DNA from: a virus
Direction: 5' to 3' (one strand)
IMG/VR virus record: IMGVR_UViG_3300000271_000010
Location: 72,958 to 132,380 of that record
DNA length: 59,423 nt
Every line of letters starts with the position of its first letter. The first letter of the stretch is position 1. This document shows positions 26,919 to 36,194 of the stretch, in pieces. The notes beneath the pieces are model-generated. The model was not told where the DNA came from. It worked only from the letters and a program-made list of their open reading frames with translations, and searched no databases. The translations under genes were made by a program, and so were the position numbers.

Positions 26919-27110
26919 CATATTATATATTTTTCATCACGCCCACTAAAGCTGTTGCAGCTACGATCGGGTTAGGTGCCTAGCATCACGCCCAACAAAG
27001 CTACTCTCGTTTCGGCGAACCGGCTTTTTGTCATTTCGACATTTCGAAATTTCGGCGTGATGACCCCATATATTATATATTTTTTTCCATCACGCTGAAT
27101 AAAGCTGTTG
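26919..27110 (+). repeat. two ~40-bp AT-rich direct repeats (TATTATATATTTTT..CATCACGC..TAAAGCTGTTG)
   Basis: copies at 26919-26957 and 27067-27110. Confidence 0.75.
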
Positions 27111-27343
27111 TCGTCTAGGCGATACGCTTCTCGAATGAGGGGCAAGCGGCAACGTGATGGGATGAATATTATGCGACCCACCGGGGGACCCAAAGGAGGG
27201 GGCCCAACACCGGGGACCCAATGGCGATACACCGCCATTATTACGTAACAGTGATGCACCTTAGCTGTGATGCAGCGTAGCTTTGATAGCCCGCTATCAA
27301 CTGGTGTCTTCCTGACGGATGCCTAACTTCCCCACAAAAATGA

Positions 27344-28159
27344 TTGGACCCAAGCCTCGTGGCCCACAAGAAGAAGCAGATTTTCTTTCCCACTGATCCT
27401 GTCCACGCAGCCGAGAAGGTTGTAGCCAGTCGGCAGCCACCCAAGCCGGCTCCTGTTTTGAAAGCCCAAACACCCGGTCAGAAAGGTTACATCCGCAAGC
27501 TTACCCAGAACCACCACGACATCCTCTTCGCCGTCGGCCCGGCCGGCACCGGTAAGACCTACGCCGCCGTTCTCGATGCCATCATCAAGTTCCGCCGTGG
27601 TGACTGCACCAAGATCATCATCACGCGCCCCATGGTCGGCGCAGGTGGTGAAGAACTGGGCACCCTGCCCGGCGGTGTGATGGAGAAGGTCGCACCGTGG
27701 TGCATCCCGCTCCTCGATATCTTCAAGGAGTTCTACACCAAGTATGAGGTCGAGCAGATGCTGGACCGTGAGGAGATCGAGATCGCTCCCCTTGCCATCA
27801 TGCGTGGACGCACCTTGAAGAACGCGATCGTGATCGCTGACGAAGCTCAGAACTGCACGGTCGAACAGATGAAGATGTTGATGACCCGTATCGGCGACGG
27901 ATCGCGGATGGTCATCACAGGCGACATCGAACAACACGACCGCCCGCACGGCGCTTCGGGTCTGGCCGACATCATTCGCCGGATCGACGAGAAGGAAGCG
28001 CGGGATCGTTTCGAAGCGTCGCTGCCTGTGTCGATGGCTGGGAGTGATGAAGAAGAGCCCCGTCTGCGTCACAGCCGGATCGGCGTTGTTAAGCTCGGCC
28101 GTAAGGACGTTGTTCGTCACGCTGTGATCGACGACGTTCTCAGCCTCTACGAGGAGTAA
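27344..28159 (+). CDS. phoH: PhoH-family ATPase
   Basis: GPAGTGKTY Walker A, MRGRTLKNAIVIADEAQN, TRIG and GDIEQHD motifs. Confidence 0.95.
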   Translation: MDPSLVAHKKKQIFFPTDPVHAAEKVVASRQPPKPAPVLKAQTPGQKGYIRKLTQNHHDILFAVGPAGTGKTYAAVLDAIIKFRRGDCTKIIITRPMVGAGGEELGTLPGGVMEKVAPWCIPLLDIFKEFYTKYEVEQMLDREEIEIAPLAIMRGRTLKNAIVIADEAQNCTVEQMKMLMTRIGDGSRMVITGDIEQHDRPHGASGLADIIRRIDEKEARDRFEASLPVSMAGSDEEEPRLRHSRIGVVKLGRKDVVRHAVIDDVLSLYEE

Positions 28160-28167
28160 GGAATACT

Positions 28168-28698
28168 ATGCTACACCCACCTATCTTTTTGCACGAAGAC
28201 CCGATCGACGGGGCTAACGCCTCGCACTTCATCGGTCACATCCGCCTGTGGAAGAAGGCGCGGGAGCCTGCTGCGATTCTCTTCCAAGAGGTCGTCGAGT
28301 GGCAGTTCCTGACCACCTTCCGACTGGCGGTTCTGGCTACCTTGCTGTCGATCGGCTTCTTCGTCCTGTCGATGCCGACCAACATCCAAGTGTTGTGGGT
28401 CACGGCGTCTCTCATCGCTACCGTTCTCTCGACCAGATTCTCGGTGGTGCATCCGCTCCGCCGGGAGATGGAGTTGCGAGGCAAGATGTGTGAGACGGCC
28501 GCAGCGCACAAGTTCTACGGCGTCAACTACGACCAGCGGCTCCACTCTGAGGCTGCCTCGCTGCTGCAATACAACCAGTTCAAGGGCTGGGAGCTTGATC
28601 GCATCAAGGCTGCGATGGTCAAGAAGCAGGGTTATGCCGAGAAGAAGACGGCATCCCACGAGAAGTGGATTCTCAAGTGGAAGGATAAACTGACGTAA
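28168..28698 (+). CDS. membrane protein
   Basis: two hydrophobic segments; AAGGA RBS. Confidence 0.7.
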   Translation: MLHPPIFLHEDPIDGANASHFIGHIRLWKKAREPAAILFQEVVEWQFLTTFRLAVLATLLSIGFFVLSMPTNIQVLWVTASLIATVLSTRFSVVHPLRREMELRGKMCETAAAHKFYGVNYDQRLHSEAASLLQYNQFKGWELDRIKAAMVKKQGYAEKKTASHEKWILKWKDKLT

Positions 28699-28804
28699 GA
28701 AAAAAGTGGGTGCGGCCGGTGGTGGGGAGCCGCACCCACAAATGAAAGCCGACCGGGGCAATGGTGGGCTTTCGGTTGATCGGCTCGGGTAAACCGATCG
28801 TCTG

Positions 28805-29065
28805 TTGAGTATCGACCGATTCCTGATTCGTCAAGAACCTTTCTCACATATTAACGATGCCGTCGGCATCCACCTCGGAGGAGCTTCGTTGTCATACACA
28901 CCGCTCCTGCGTGTCCCACTTTCCCTACTCGACCGCCTGTCCAAAGTGGAGAATGATCTCTCCAAACTGATGGAAACGATCACAAGCGAAACTCCGACAC
29001 CAAACCCACCAACACCCGGCGAGCTTGATCTGGTCGCCTACTTTGAATCACTCTTGAAGGAATGA
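28805..29065 (+). CDS. hypothetical protein (start uncertain)
   Basis: ATGA-coupled to the next gene. Confidence 0.5.
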   Translation: MSIDRFLIRQEPFSHINDAVGIHLGGASLSYTPLLRVPLSLLDRLSKVENDLSKLMETITSETPTPNPPTPGELDLVAYFESLLKE

Positions 29066-29580
29066 TCATGTCTCTTGTAAACCAAGTCCAACTCTTGACC
29101 GAACGGGTCGCCGCTGAACTCAAGGCGCATCGCGTCCTCATCAACGGCAACGCTGCTGACCTGTCGGCACTGACGACCACCGAGAAGAGCAATCTTGTTG
29201 GTGCGCTCAACGAACTCCACGCGCTGATTGGCGCGATCGACACCAGTGAGGTCATCGACGACACAACGGTAGGTCTAGCGACCACCTATTCGTCGGCCAA
29301 GATCGTTGATCTGGTCGCCACTGCGATCGACGACTTGGTGGCCGGCGCACCAGCCGCTCTTGACACCCTCAAGGAACTGGCAGACGCCTTCACCGACACC
29401 GAGAACGTGGTTGCGTCTCTGACGCTGGCGCTCTCCAACCGCCTCCGGATCGATGCTGATCAGGACCTCACACCGGCCCAGCAGGCATTCGGCCGCAGCA
29501 ACCTTGATGTCTTCTCCAAGGCAGAGATCGGCGATATCGATACCGACTTCGTGGCGATCTTCAACGCCGGCCTGACCTAA
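29062..29580 (+). CDS. probable virion fibre-type structural protein
   Basis: LTTTEKSNLVGALNEL and GAPAALDTLKELADA motifs common in phage fibre proteins. Confidence 0.6.
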   Translation: MIMSLVNQVQLLTERVAAELKAHRVLINGNAADLSALTTTEKSNLVGALNELHALIGAIDTSEVIDDTTVGLATTYSSAKIVDLVATAIDDLVAGAPAALDTLKELADAFTDTENVVASLTLALSNRLRIDADQDLTPAQQAFGRSNLDVFSKAEIGDIDTDFVAIFNAGLT

Positions 29581-29993
29581 TGGCCCTCAGCGCCAAAGTA
29601 GCGGCGCTGGCACTGGCAGTGGCTGACGAGTTGTCGGCTCTGCGCTCGAATGACGTAATCCTCACTGTCGGTTCTTTCTCTGAGTTAGCGGGCCAGACGG
29701 TTGACGATCTTCTGATCTTCAATCTTGGTGAGGGAAGAGAGGCTGCTGGACTTTATGTCCGGCAGCCCAACGGCCACTACCGCCTCATGAAATCCTGTGG
29801 AAAGACCGTCAAGGTCCCCGACAACGAGGAAAATCAAATGCGCCCACGCTGGCAAGTCGCCCTACTACTTCTCACCATGCCGATCTGGTTCCTGCCCGGC
29901 ATGATCTATGTCGGCTGGCTGGAGTCCGGTCGTTACCTGCTCGATGATATCCGCGACGGTGTGCCGTGGGTGTTGTTTGGTAAGAAGCCATAA
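29580..29993 (+). CDS. hypothetical protein with C-terminal hydrophobic helix
   Basis: TAATG coupling. Confidence 0.6.
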   Translation: MALSAKVAALALAVADELSALRSNDVILTVGSFSELAGQTVDDLLIFNLGEGREAAGLYVRQPNGHYRLMKSCGKTVKVPDNEENQMRPRWQVALLLLTMPIWFLPGMIYVGWLESGRYLLDDIRDGVPWVLFGKKP

Positions 29994-30007
29994 GGGTTGT
30001 TCGAGTC

Positions 30008-30532
30008 GTGACAACCTTATTCATCCTCATCGGGCAAGCAGTCATCGGCTGGATCATCGCTGATCTGATCGGTGGCTTTGTGCATTGGTGGGAAGATCGT
30101 GTAGCGCGTCCTCGGTGGGTTTGGCTGGAGAAGAACATCTGGGAGCCGAACCGCCGCCATCACAAAAAGCCGATGGAGTTTACCCAGAGCCCGTTCTGGT
30201 ATCGTAACTCCACAACCTTTGTGGCTGCATCTGTAGCGGCTGCTTTGTGGTTGATGATCTTCGGACCGTCTATGGTCCTGCTGTTCGCCTACATCGGCGG
30301 TATGATTCAGAATGAGGTTCACTATTGGACTCACAAGAAGTCGAATGTTTGGGTCGGAGTGCTGCAACAAACTGGTGTCATTCAGTCGCGGACATCACAT
30401 GCCCGGCACCACAAGCCACCTCAGAATCGTAACTACTGCATCCTGACTGACTGGTGCAACCCGGTTCTGGAGCGGCTGGATGTATGGAACCGGATCGAGC
30501 GACGCTTCGGGATCACCGACATTATTACTTGA
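30008..30532 (+). CDS. CarF/TMEM189(Kua)/FAD4-type lipid desaturase domain protein
   Basis: His boxes ADLIGGFVHWWED, RRHHKKP, NEVHYWTH, HARHH and NYCILTDWCNPVL plus TM segments. Confidence 0.85.
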   Translation: MTTLFILIGQAVIGWIIADLIGGFVHWWEDRVARPRWVWLEKNIWEPNRRHHKKPMEFTQSPFWYRNSTTFVAASVAAALWLMIFGPSMVLLFAYIGGMIQNEVHYWTHKKSNVWVGVLQQTGVIQSRTSHARHHKPPQNRNYCILTDWCNPVLERLDVWNRIERRFGITDIIT

Positions 30533-30556
30533 CACTGGTGGAACTATCTGATAGGG
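30515..30556 (+). promoter_or_regulatory. second promoter class: ACCGACATT box-N5-TTGACA
   Basis: same architecture at 912/926, 30515/30529, 32945/32959 and 38056/38070; box inside the spacer at 45821, 51331 and 55372. Confidence 0.7.
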
Positions 30557-30914
30557 TTTCGTCAAATAAATGTAGCATCACGCGCCAAGGCGGCATCTCG
30601 TTGTAAGGTCGAGACCACAGTGAGGCGAGTTGGAGGTATTAAGTCCTTGGTCGGACCGAACCCCGAGACGGACCAATCTGCGACCGAAAAGGCGGATCGT
30701 CATTTACCGAAGTGTTTGATGTGGTAGGTAAGCCCGGCTCCAGTGGGGCCAGATGGGTAAGCCCCTTCTCACGCGTGGTAGGTCTTACATGACCGCTCGA
30801 AGCGCGGGGATTGTTTCGAGCATCCAAATCAACACGGTAGCCCATAGTGGGTAGCGTTGGTTTGGCGGGTGGGCTCCCGAAAGCAGCCCTGTCTCCTCCC
30901 AGACTGGCCCGGCG

Positions 30915-32750
30915 GTGAAAGCCGTCGGGTCCTTTTCCCGGAAGTTCTTCTCTTTGGCTGATAAAATCACAAAGCGGCAAGCCCGCACCTTCGCTCAGCG
31001 ACAGGCGCTCTATGCTACGCGCCAGTCGAAGCAGCAGATGATGGAGAATGTCCCGCTCTTCGCGAACTGGGACTATGCCAACTGGCGCTTGATCTGGCTG
31101 GCGATCCGCCACGCCATGATCGGTGAAGTCGAAATCAAGAAGCATGGCACCGAATACCTGCCCCAGCCGGAAGGCATGGACGAGGCCCAGTATTCCGCCT
31201 ATCTCGACCGCGCTGTTTTCTACAACATGGTCTACCGCACCGTTACCGGCCTGACCGGTGCGATCTATCGGCGCGACCCGCGCCTGATGCGAGCCGGCCC
31301 CAAGGTCCGCGAGCTTTCCAAGCGCATCTCCAAGGACGGGCTGTCCCTCAAGCTCTTCGCCAAGGTCATCACGCAAGAGATGCTTTCGACCGGACGCTAC
31401 GGCGTTCTGGTTGACAAGACCGACGATGCAAACAGCCTGACCGCCAACCCCTATCTCGCCGGCTACACCTGCGAAAACATCTTGGACTGGACGACGACCG
31501 AGATCGAAGGCCGGGACGAGTTCGACTACATCCTCCTGCGTGAGTTTAGCGTCGATCGTCGCTTCTTCGAAATGATCGGCGACCAAGTGGTTCCGAACGC
31601 GACCTACGGTCAGTTGTTCACCAGCTACCGCGTCCTGCGTTTGATCTACAACGACATGGACAACCGCTGGGAATACCGGCAGGAACTCTATACCCGTGGT
31701 TCGGCCGACGCCGATCTTTCGGAAGAACCGATCATCACGACCCCGATGGTATTCGGCGTCCCGATGAAGCGCATCCCGTTCCGGTTCTTCAATGCCACGA
31801 CCAATCTCGGCGACATCGAAAAGCCGCCCATCCTCGACATCCTGACGCTGAACCTGTCACACTACAAGAGCTATGCTCAGCTTGAGCATGGCCGCTTCTA
31901 CACCGCCAACCCGGTCTACTGGGTATCGGGCGGACAGGAAGACGACGAATATCACATCGGCCCTTCGGTCGTGTGGGAAATCGGCAACGGCGAAGATTGC
32001 GGCATCCTAGAGTTCAACGGAACCGGGATGAAGAGCCTTGAGAATGCCTTGCAGCAGAAGGAGACGCAAGTCGCTTCGCTGGGTGGCCGTCTGCTGGGTG
32101 ACTCTTCGACCGCCGGGCAATCTGACAATCAGGTCAAGCTCAAGGATCGCAACGAAGCATCCTTGCTTCTCAACGTGACCACGGTCCTCAACGAGAACTT
32201 CACTGAACTGCTGACCATCCTCGGTAACTGGATGAACGAGCGCTCAGAAGGTCTGGAGTTCCGGGTCAACCAAGACTTCCTGCTCGATCAGGCAGCCGCT
32301 CGCGAGTTCCGTGCCATCACGATGATGTATCAGGCGGGCCTTATCGGCATCGAGATCATCTACGAATACTTCCTCAAGGCGGATGTCATTCCGGAGTATG
32401 TGACTCTGGAAATGTTCTCCAAGATGCTGGAAGATCAGGCTCAGTTCCCGAACAACCCAGACTTCGAAAGCCGCCAGCAAGGGTTCCCGGATGCCCGGAC
32501 CCAGCGTGCAGACGAACTGGCTCGCGATCTGGACGACAACGAAACCGATCGCCTTGATAGTGAATTGGAGTCGGACGAAAGCATTGCTGAGGAATCTCGC
32601 AAGTCAGCAGAGAAGGTTGCCAAGGAAGCACCAAAAATCCCACCGGTCCCGGCCGGCGGACGGCAAGCCATGCAGAAAGATGTGACGGAAGGAGCGGGAA
32701 AGCCCGGTCCAGCGACCCCAGCCCGACCACCAGTAAGGGCTAAGAAGTAA
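30915..32750 (+). CDS. portal protein (DUF4055-type; start uncertain)
   Basis: YLPQPEGMDEAQYSAYLDRAVFYN...TGLTG and LNLSHYKSYAQLEH motifs; size and position before the scaffold and capsid genes. Confidence 0.85.
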   Translation: MKAVGSFSRKFFSLADKITKRQARTFAQRQALYATRQSKQQMMENVPLFANWDYANWRLIWLAIRHAMIGEVEIKKHGTEYLPQPEGMDEAQYSAYLDRAVFYNMVYRTVTGLTGAIYRRDPRLMRAGPKVRELSKRISKDGLSLKLFAKVITQEMLSTGRYGVLVDKTDDANSLTANPYLAGYTCENILDWTTTEIEGRDEFDYILLREFSVDRRFFEMIGDQVVPNATYGQLFTSYRVLRLIYNDMDNRWEYRQELYTRGSADADLSEEPIITTPMVFGVPMKRIPFRFFNATTNLGDIEKPPILDILTLNLSHYKSYAQLEHGRFYTANPVYWVSGGQEDDEYHIGPSVVWEIGNGEDCGILEFNGTGMKSLENALQQKETQVASLGGRLLGDSSTAGQSDNQVKLKDRNEASLLLNVTTVLNENFTELLTILGNWMNERSEGLEFRVNQDFLLDQAAAREFRAITMMYQAGLIGIEIIYEYFLKADVIPEYVTLEMFSKMLEDQAQFPNNPDFESRQQGFPDARTQRADELARDLDDNETDRLDSELESDESIAEESRKSAEKVAKEAPKIPPVPAGGRQAMQKDVTEGAGKPGPATPARPPVRAKK

Positions 32751-32753
32751 ACC

Positions 32754-32930
32754 ATGACAAGCCCGGACTACGATATCCACTTGGATAGAGAGCAGTTCAA
32801 TTCTTTGTTTGATGATGATGGAGAGTCCGGGTTCCCCTATGGGGAAGATTTGGAGGACATTGATCGTGCTATAGCCGAAGAACTTGGCACACCAAAGCCT
32901 CGGAAGAAGCGAAAGAAGGTAAAAAAGTAA
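32754..32930 (+). CDS. 58-aa protein, acidic N-terminus and Lys-rich tail
   Basis: open frame immediately after the portal; below the track cutoff. Confidence 0.5.
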   Translation: MTSPDYDIHLDREQFNSLFDDDGESGFPYGEDLEDIDRAIAEELGTPKPRKKRKKVKK

Positions 32931-33216
32931 CTTTTTTCTCCATCACCGCCATTTTAGCTTGACAGTGTATGGAAAATCTCGTATCCTTGTCGGCACATTG
33001 GAATTGAACGCGATTACCGGGGTCCGGAATTTATCGCTTCTTCCACTTTCCCAAATCGGTTCCGGGGGAACCTTCAACCAATCCCCCAAGGTTCGGAACA
33101 AGAAGTAACGCGTCGGTGCGCCGGCAGTCAGCCTTCTTGTTCTGGAAATCCTCTGGAGGGTCCGGAGGTCGCGACGTGAGACGCGTTTATCTCCAGAACC
33201 CTCGGTGAGGATTTCA

Positions 33217-34005
33217 ATGCCAATTATCAATTTCAACACACTCGACGAAGTTCCGGCGGAACTCCGCGAATATGCCAAGGCCGACGACGAGACCGGTAAG
33301 TTCGGTGTCAACGTGGTCCCCAACCAGAAGCTCGTAGAGTTTCGTGAAAAGAACATCGACCTGAGCAAGCGGCTCGAAGCTGTCACACCGACACTCGCCC
33401 GTGTTCAGGAAATCGCCGGCGAAGACCTCGATGCCTTCGTCAATGACCTCAACGGTCTCCGGGACATCGCCCAGCGGGTGAAGGACGGAGAACTCAAGAC
33501 TGACGACCAGATCGAATCTGCGGTTCAGGATCGTATCAAGGTTCTGCGCGACGGCTACGACGAGAACTCGAAGGCCCTCCGCAAGGAACTGACCGAATAC
33601 CAACAGAAGGCCCAGACGCTCACCGAGCGACTGAACCGCACTGTTATCGACAAGGAAGTCACTGCGGCCGTCATCGTGCCGGAAAGTGGTGTCCAGCCTC
33701 AGGCTCTGCCGGACATTCTCCAGCGTGCCTACGGTCTTTTCAAGATCGAGGATGGGCAACTGGTTCCGAAGCGCGGCGAAAGCGTGATTTACGGCAGCGA
33801 CGGCGCGAGCCCGATGAGCGTTTCCGAATGGCTCATCAAGCTCCGCGACGAAGCGCCTCACTACTTCAAGGGCAACAGCGGCGGCGGTGCTGCTGGCGGC
33901 AAGGAAGAGAAGATTGGCGGTATGACCGCTGCTCAGATCGCCGCGCTTTCGCCCATGCAACGCCTTGAACTGGCGAACAAGACCGGCGGCAAAAGCGGCC
34001 GTTAA
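33217..34005 (+). CDS. capsid scaffolding protein
   Basis: coiled-coil, C-terminal APHYFKGNSGGGAAGG, immediately upstream of the major capsid gene. Confidence 0.75.
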   Translation: MPIINFNTLDEVPAELREYAKADDETGKFGVNVVPNQKLVEFREKNIDLSKRLEAVTPTLARVQEIAGEDLDAFVNDLNGLRDIAQRVKDGELKTDDQIESAVQDRIKVLRDGYDENSKALRKELTEYQQKAQTLTERLNRTVIDKEVTAAVIVPESGVQPQALPDILQRAYGLFKIEDGQLVPKRGESVIYGSDGASPMSVSEWLIKLRDEAPHYFKGNSGGGAAGGKEEKIGGMTAAQIAALSPMQRLELANKTGGKSGR

Positions 34006-34131
34006 GGTTAACGACTTAGGTCGGTCGTCAGTTCCCAAGAGATCACCCCGGCTTTGGTAGCCTGTCGGGGTTAGTCAATCAACCCCTCAGGCTACCGACG
34101 ACCAACCACCACTCTTTAGGAGTTTTTCAAT

Positions 34132-35058
34132 ATGCTCACTCTGCACGAGGCATCCAAGCTCGTCGATGGTGATCTCAAGCGTCAGGCGATCATCGAGATG
34201 TTCGCTGGCTCGACCGATCTCATGGCCGCTCTGCCCCTCATGGACATTCCGGGTAACTCGTATAGCTACGCTCAGGAAGCGAAGCTGCCGAGCGTCGGGT
34301 TCCGTGGTTACAACCAAGGCTATGACGCGTCGATCGGCGTGATCAACCCGCAGTCCGAAACCCTCCGCATCGCCGGTGGTGAACTCGATGTCGATACCGC
34401 GCTCATCAAGACGCACGGCATCGGTGTCCGCACCCGTCAGGAAGCGATGCAGGTCAAGGCTATGGGTGCCAAGATCACCGCAGCCTTCATCAACGGCGAT
34501 TCCAGCGATGGTCTCTCGTTCGATGGTCTGCGTGCCCGCGTCAATGGCTACCAGCTTCTGGCAGCCGACGAAGACAGCCCGTCGGCAAACGGCGCGCTGA
34601 GCCTCGCAACGCTCGACGAAGCGATCGACCGTGTGGACAATCCGACCCACATCATCATGTCCAAGCGTATGCGCAACCTGCTCTCGCAGGCCGCAAAGGA
34701 CAAGGATGTCGGCGGTGACCTCCAGTGGTCGAAGGATGACTTCGGTCGTCGTGTTGGCTTCTACAACGACTTGCCGATCCTCATCACTGAGGACGACGAC
34801 AAGGGCGAGAAGATCATCGACTTCAACGAAGCCGGTCCGGCCGGTGGCACGAACTGCCAGTCCGTCTATGTCGTGAGCATGGGCGACGGCAAGATCGTCG
34901 GCCTCCAGAACGGCATCATGGATGTCCGCGATCTCGGCGAAATCGACGCAATGCCGGTTTACCGCACCCGCGTCGAGTGGCTGATCGCCATGGCCGTCAT
35001 GCACGGTAAGGCTGTCGCTCGCATCTGGGGCATCACCAACGCGGCGATCGTTCGCTAA
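34132..35058 (+). CDS. major capsid protein
   Basis: 308 aa, strong RBS, biased codons; LPSVGFRGYN, GGELDVD, FINGD..FDGL and YRTRVEW motifs of a phage MCP family. Confidence 0.9.
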   Translation: MLTLHEASKLVDGDLKRQAIIEMFAGSTDLMAALPLMDIPGNSYSYAQEAKLPSVGFRGYNQGYDASIGVINPQSETLRIAGGELDVDTALIKTHGIGVRTRQEAMQVKAMGAKITAAFINGDSSDGLSFDGLRARVNGYQLLAADEDSPSANGALSLATLDEAIDRVDNPTHIIMSKRMRNLLSQAAKDKDVGGDLQWSKDDFGRRVGFYNDLPILITEDDDKGEKIIDFNEAGPAGGTNCQSVYVVSMGDGKIVGLQNGIMDVRDLGEIDAMPVYRTRVEWLIAMAVMHGKAVARIWGITNAAIVR

Positions 35059-35132
35059 GTTGGTGAGGTGGGGGAGGTTTCGACCTCCCCACTGACCCTC
35101 CTCCACCAAACCTTCCTCAGGAGTCCATTACC

Positions 35133-35576
35133 ATGGCAATTCTCAAGTCCAAGTTCAAGTATATGCTTGATGCTGCACCGTCGATCACTTTCCGTGACGC
35201 CGCCGCCGCTGCTCTCACCGCTGACGGCAACACCGCTGCGATCGTTCTCGACACCCTCGACGGCTACTGGAACGACAACAACGAACTCGCCGACAGCACC
35301 TTCGCAGTCGTCGTGAACGTGAATGCTCTCACCACTTCGGTTGGTGACGAAGAGTATGTTCTGAACCTCGTCGCCGGCCCGGTCGGCTTCGCAACTTCGA
35401 CTGTCGTTGGCACCGTCACGGTCCTCGAAACCGGTCAGCACGTCTTCCTCGTTGACATCGATACTGTCCGCAAGTCGGTTCCCGACGCTGCTGCACTTCG
35501 TATCGCTGTCAATGTGACTGGCGCTGCTCCTTCGATCGACTTCGTTGCCTTCATCGGTGGCGCGATCATCCGCTAA
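35133..35576 (+). CDS. head decoration / minor capsid protein
   Basis: beta-rich protein directly after the MCP; strong RBS. Confidence 0.6.
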   Translation: MAILKSKFKYMLDAAPSITFRDAAAAALTADGNTAAIVLDTLDGYWNDNNELADSTFAVVVNVNALTTSVGDEEYVLNLVAGPVGFATSTVVGTVTVLETGQHVFLVDIDTVRKSVPDAAALRIAVNVTGAAPSIDFVAFIGGAIIR

Positions 35577-35582
35577 GTCTTT

Positions 35583-35608
35583 AGGGGCCGGGTAAAACCG
35601 GCCCCTTT
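35583..35608 (+). terminator. intrinsic terminator
   Basis: AGGGGCCGG/CCGGCCCCT stem plus TT. Confidence 0.6.
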
Positions 35609-35638
35609 CGGCCCCGACCCCAGACTTAGGAGCAATCA

Positions 35639-36112
35639 ATGCAGAACCCGAACACCGTAACGGTCTACAGCCCCGAAGGCGAACCGTTCGAAATGAGCCG
35701 CGTCAATGCGCGCGACCTTTGCAGCCATCGTGGCTGGTCGATGTCGCCTTTGACTGGTGGCAACACAAAGGCCGAAAAGCCGGCTGAACCCAAGGAAGAA
35801 ATTCATGCCGAAGATGACCGCGAAGGAAGCGGGCAAGCTGATGCCACCGGGGAAACCGAAGATGGCGAAGGCGAAGGGCCAGAAGGCAGCACCGGCGGCG
35901 AAGCCCCGGAGCCGGAACAAGAAGATGTATTGATCGATCCTCGGACCGATTTCTCGATTCCCTTCACGACCGAAGAGCAGTTCGCTGAACTGACTGAGCG
36001 TGAAGATGTTGTGGACTATCTGGCGAAGCACTTCCCGGATTTCGTGCCGCATCACCGCGCACGCCGCGACGGTCTGGTCGCCAAGGCGATCGAACTGGCA
36101 ACCGGCGAATAA
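35639..36112 (+). CDS. head-associated hypothetical protein with acidic linker
   Basis: AGGAG RBS; synteny. Confidence 0.7.
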   Translation: MQNPNTVTVYSPEGEPFEMSRVNARDLCSHRGWSMSPLTGGNTKAEKPAEPKEEIHAEDDREGSGQADATGETEDGEGEGPEGSTGGEAPEPEQEDVLIDPRTDFSIPFTTEEQFAELTEREDVVDYLAKHFPDFVPHHRARRDGLVAKAIELATGE

Positions 36113-36142
36113 GCCAACAAACAATACCGCCTCGGCGGCTTC

Positions 36143-36182
36143 GGGCTCGACAGGCAACTAGCTTGTCGAGCCCTTTTCATTT
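36143..36182 (+). terminator. intrinsic terminator
   Basis: GGGCTCGACAGGC/GCTTGTCGAGCCC stem plus T tract. Confidence 0.75.
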
Positions 36183-36194
36183 CAGGAGCATTCC

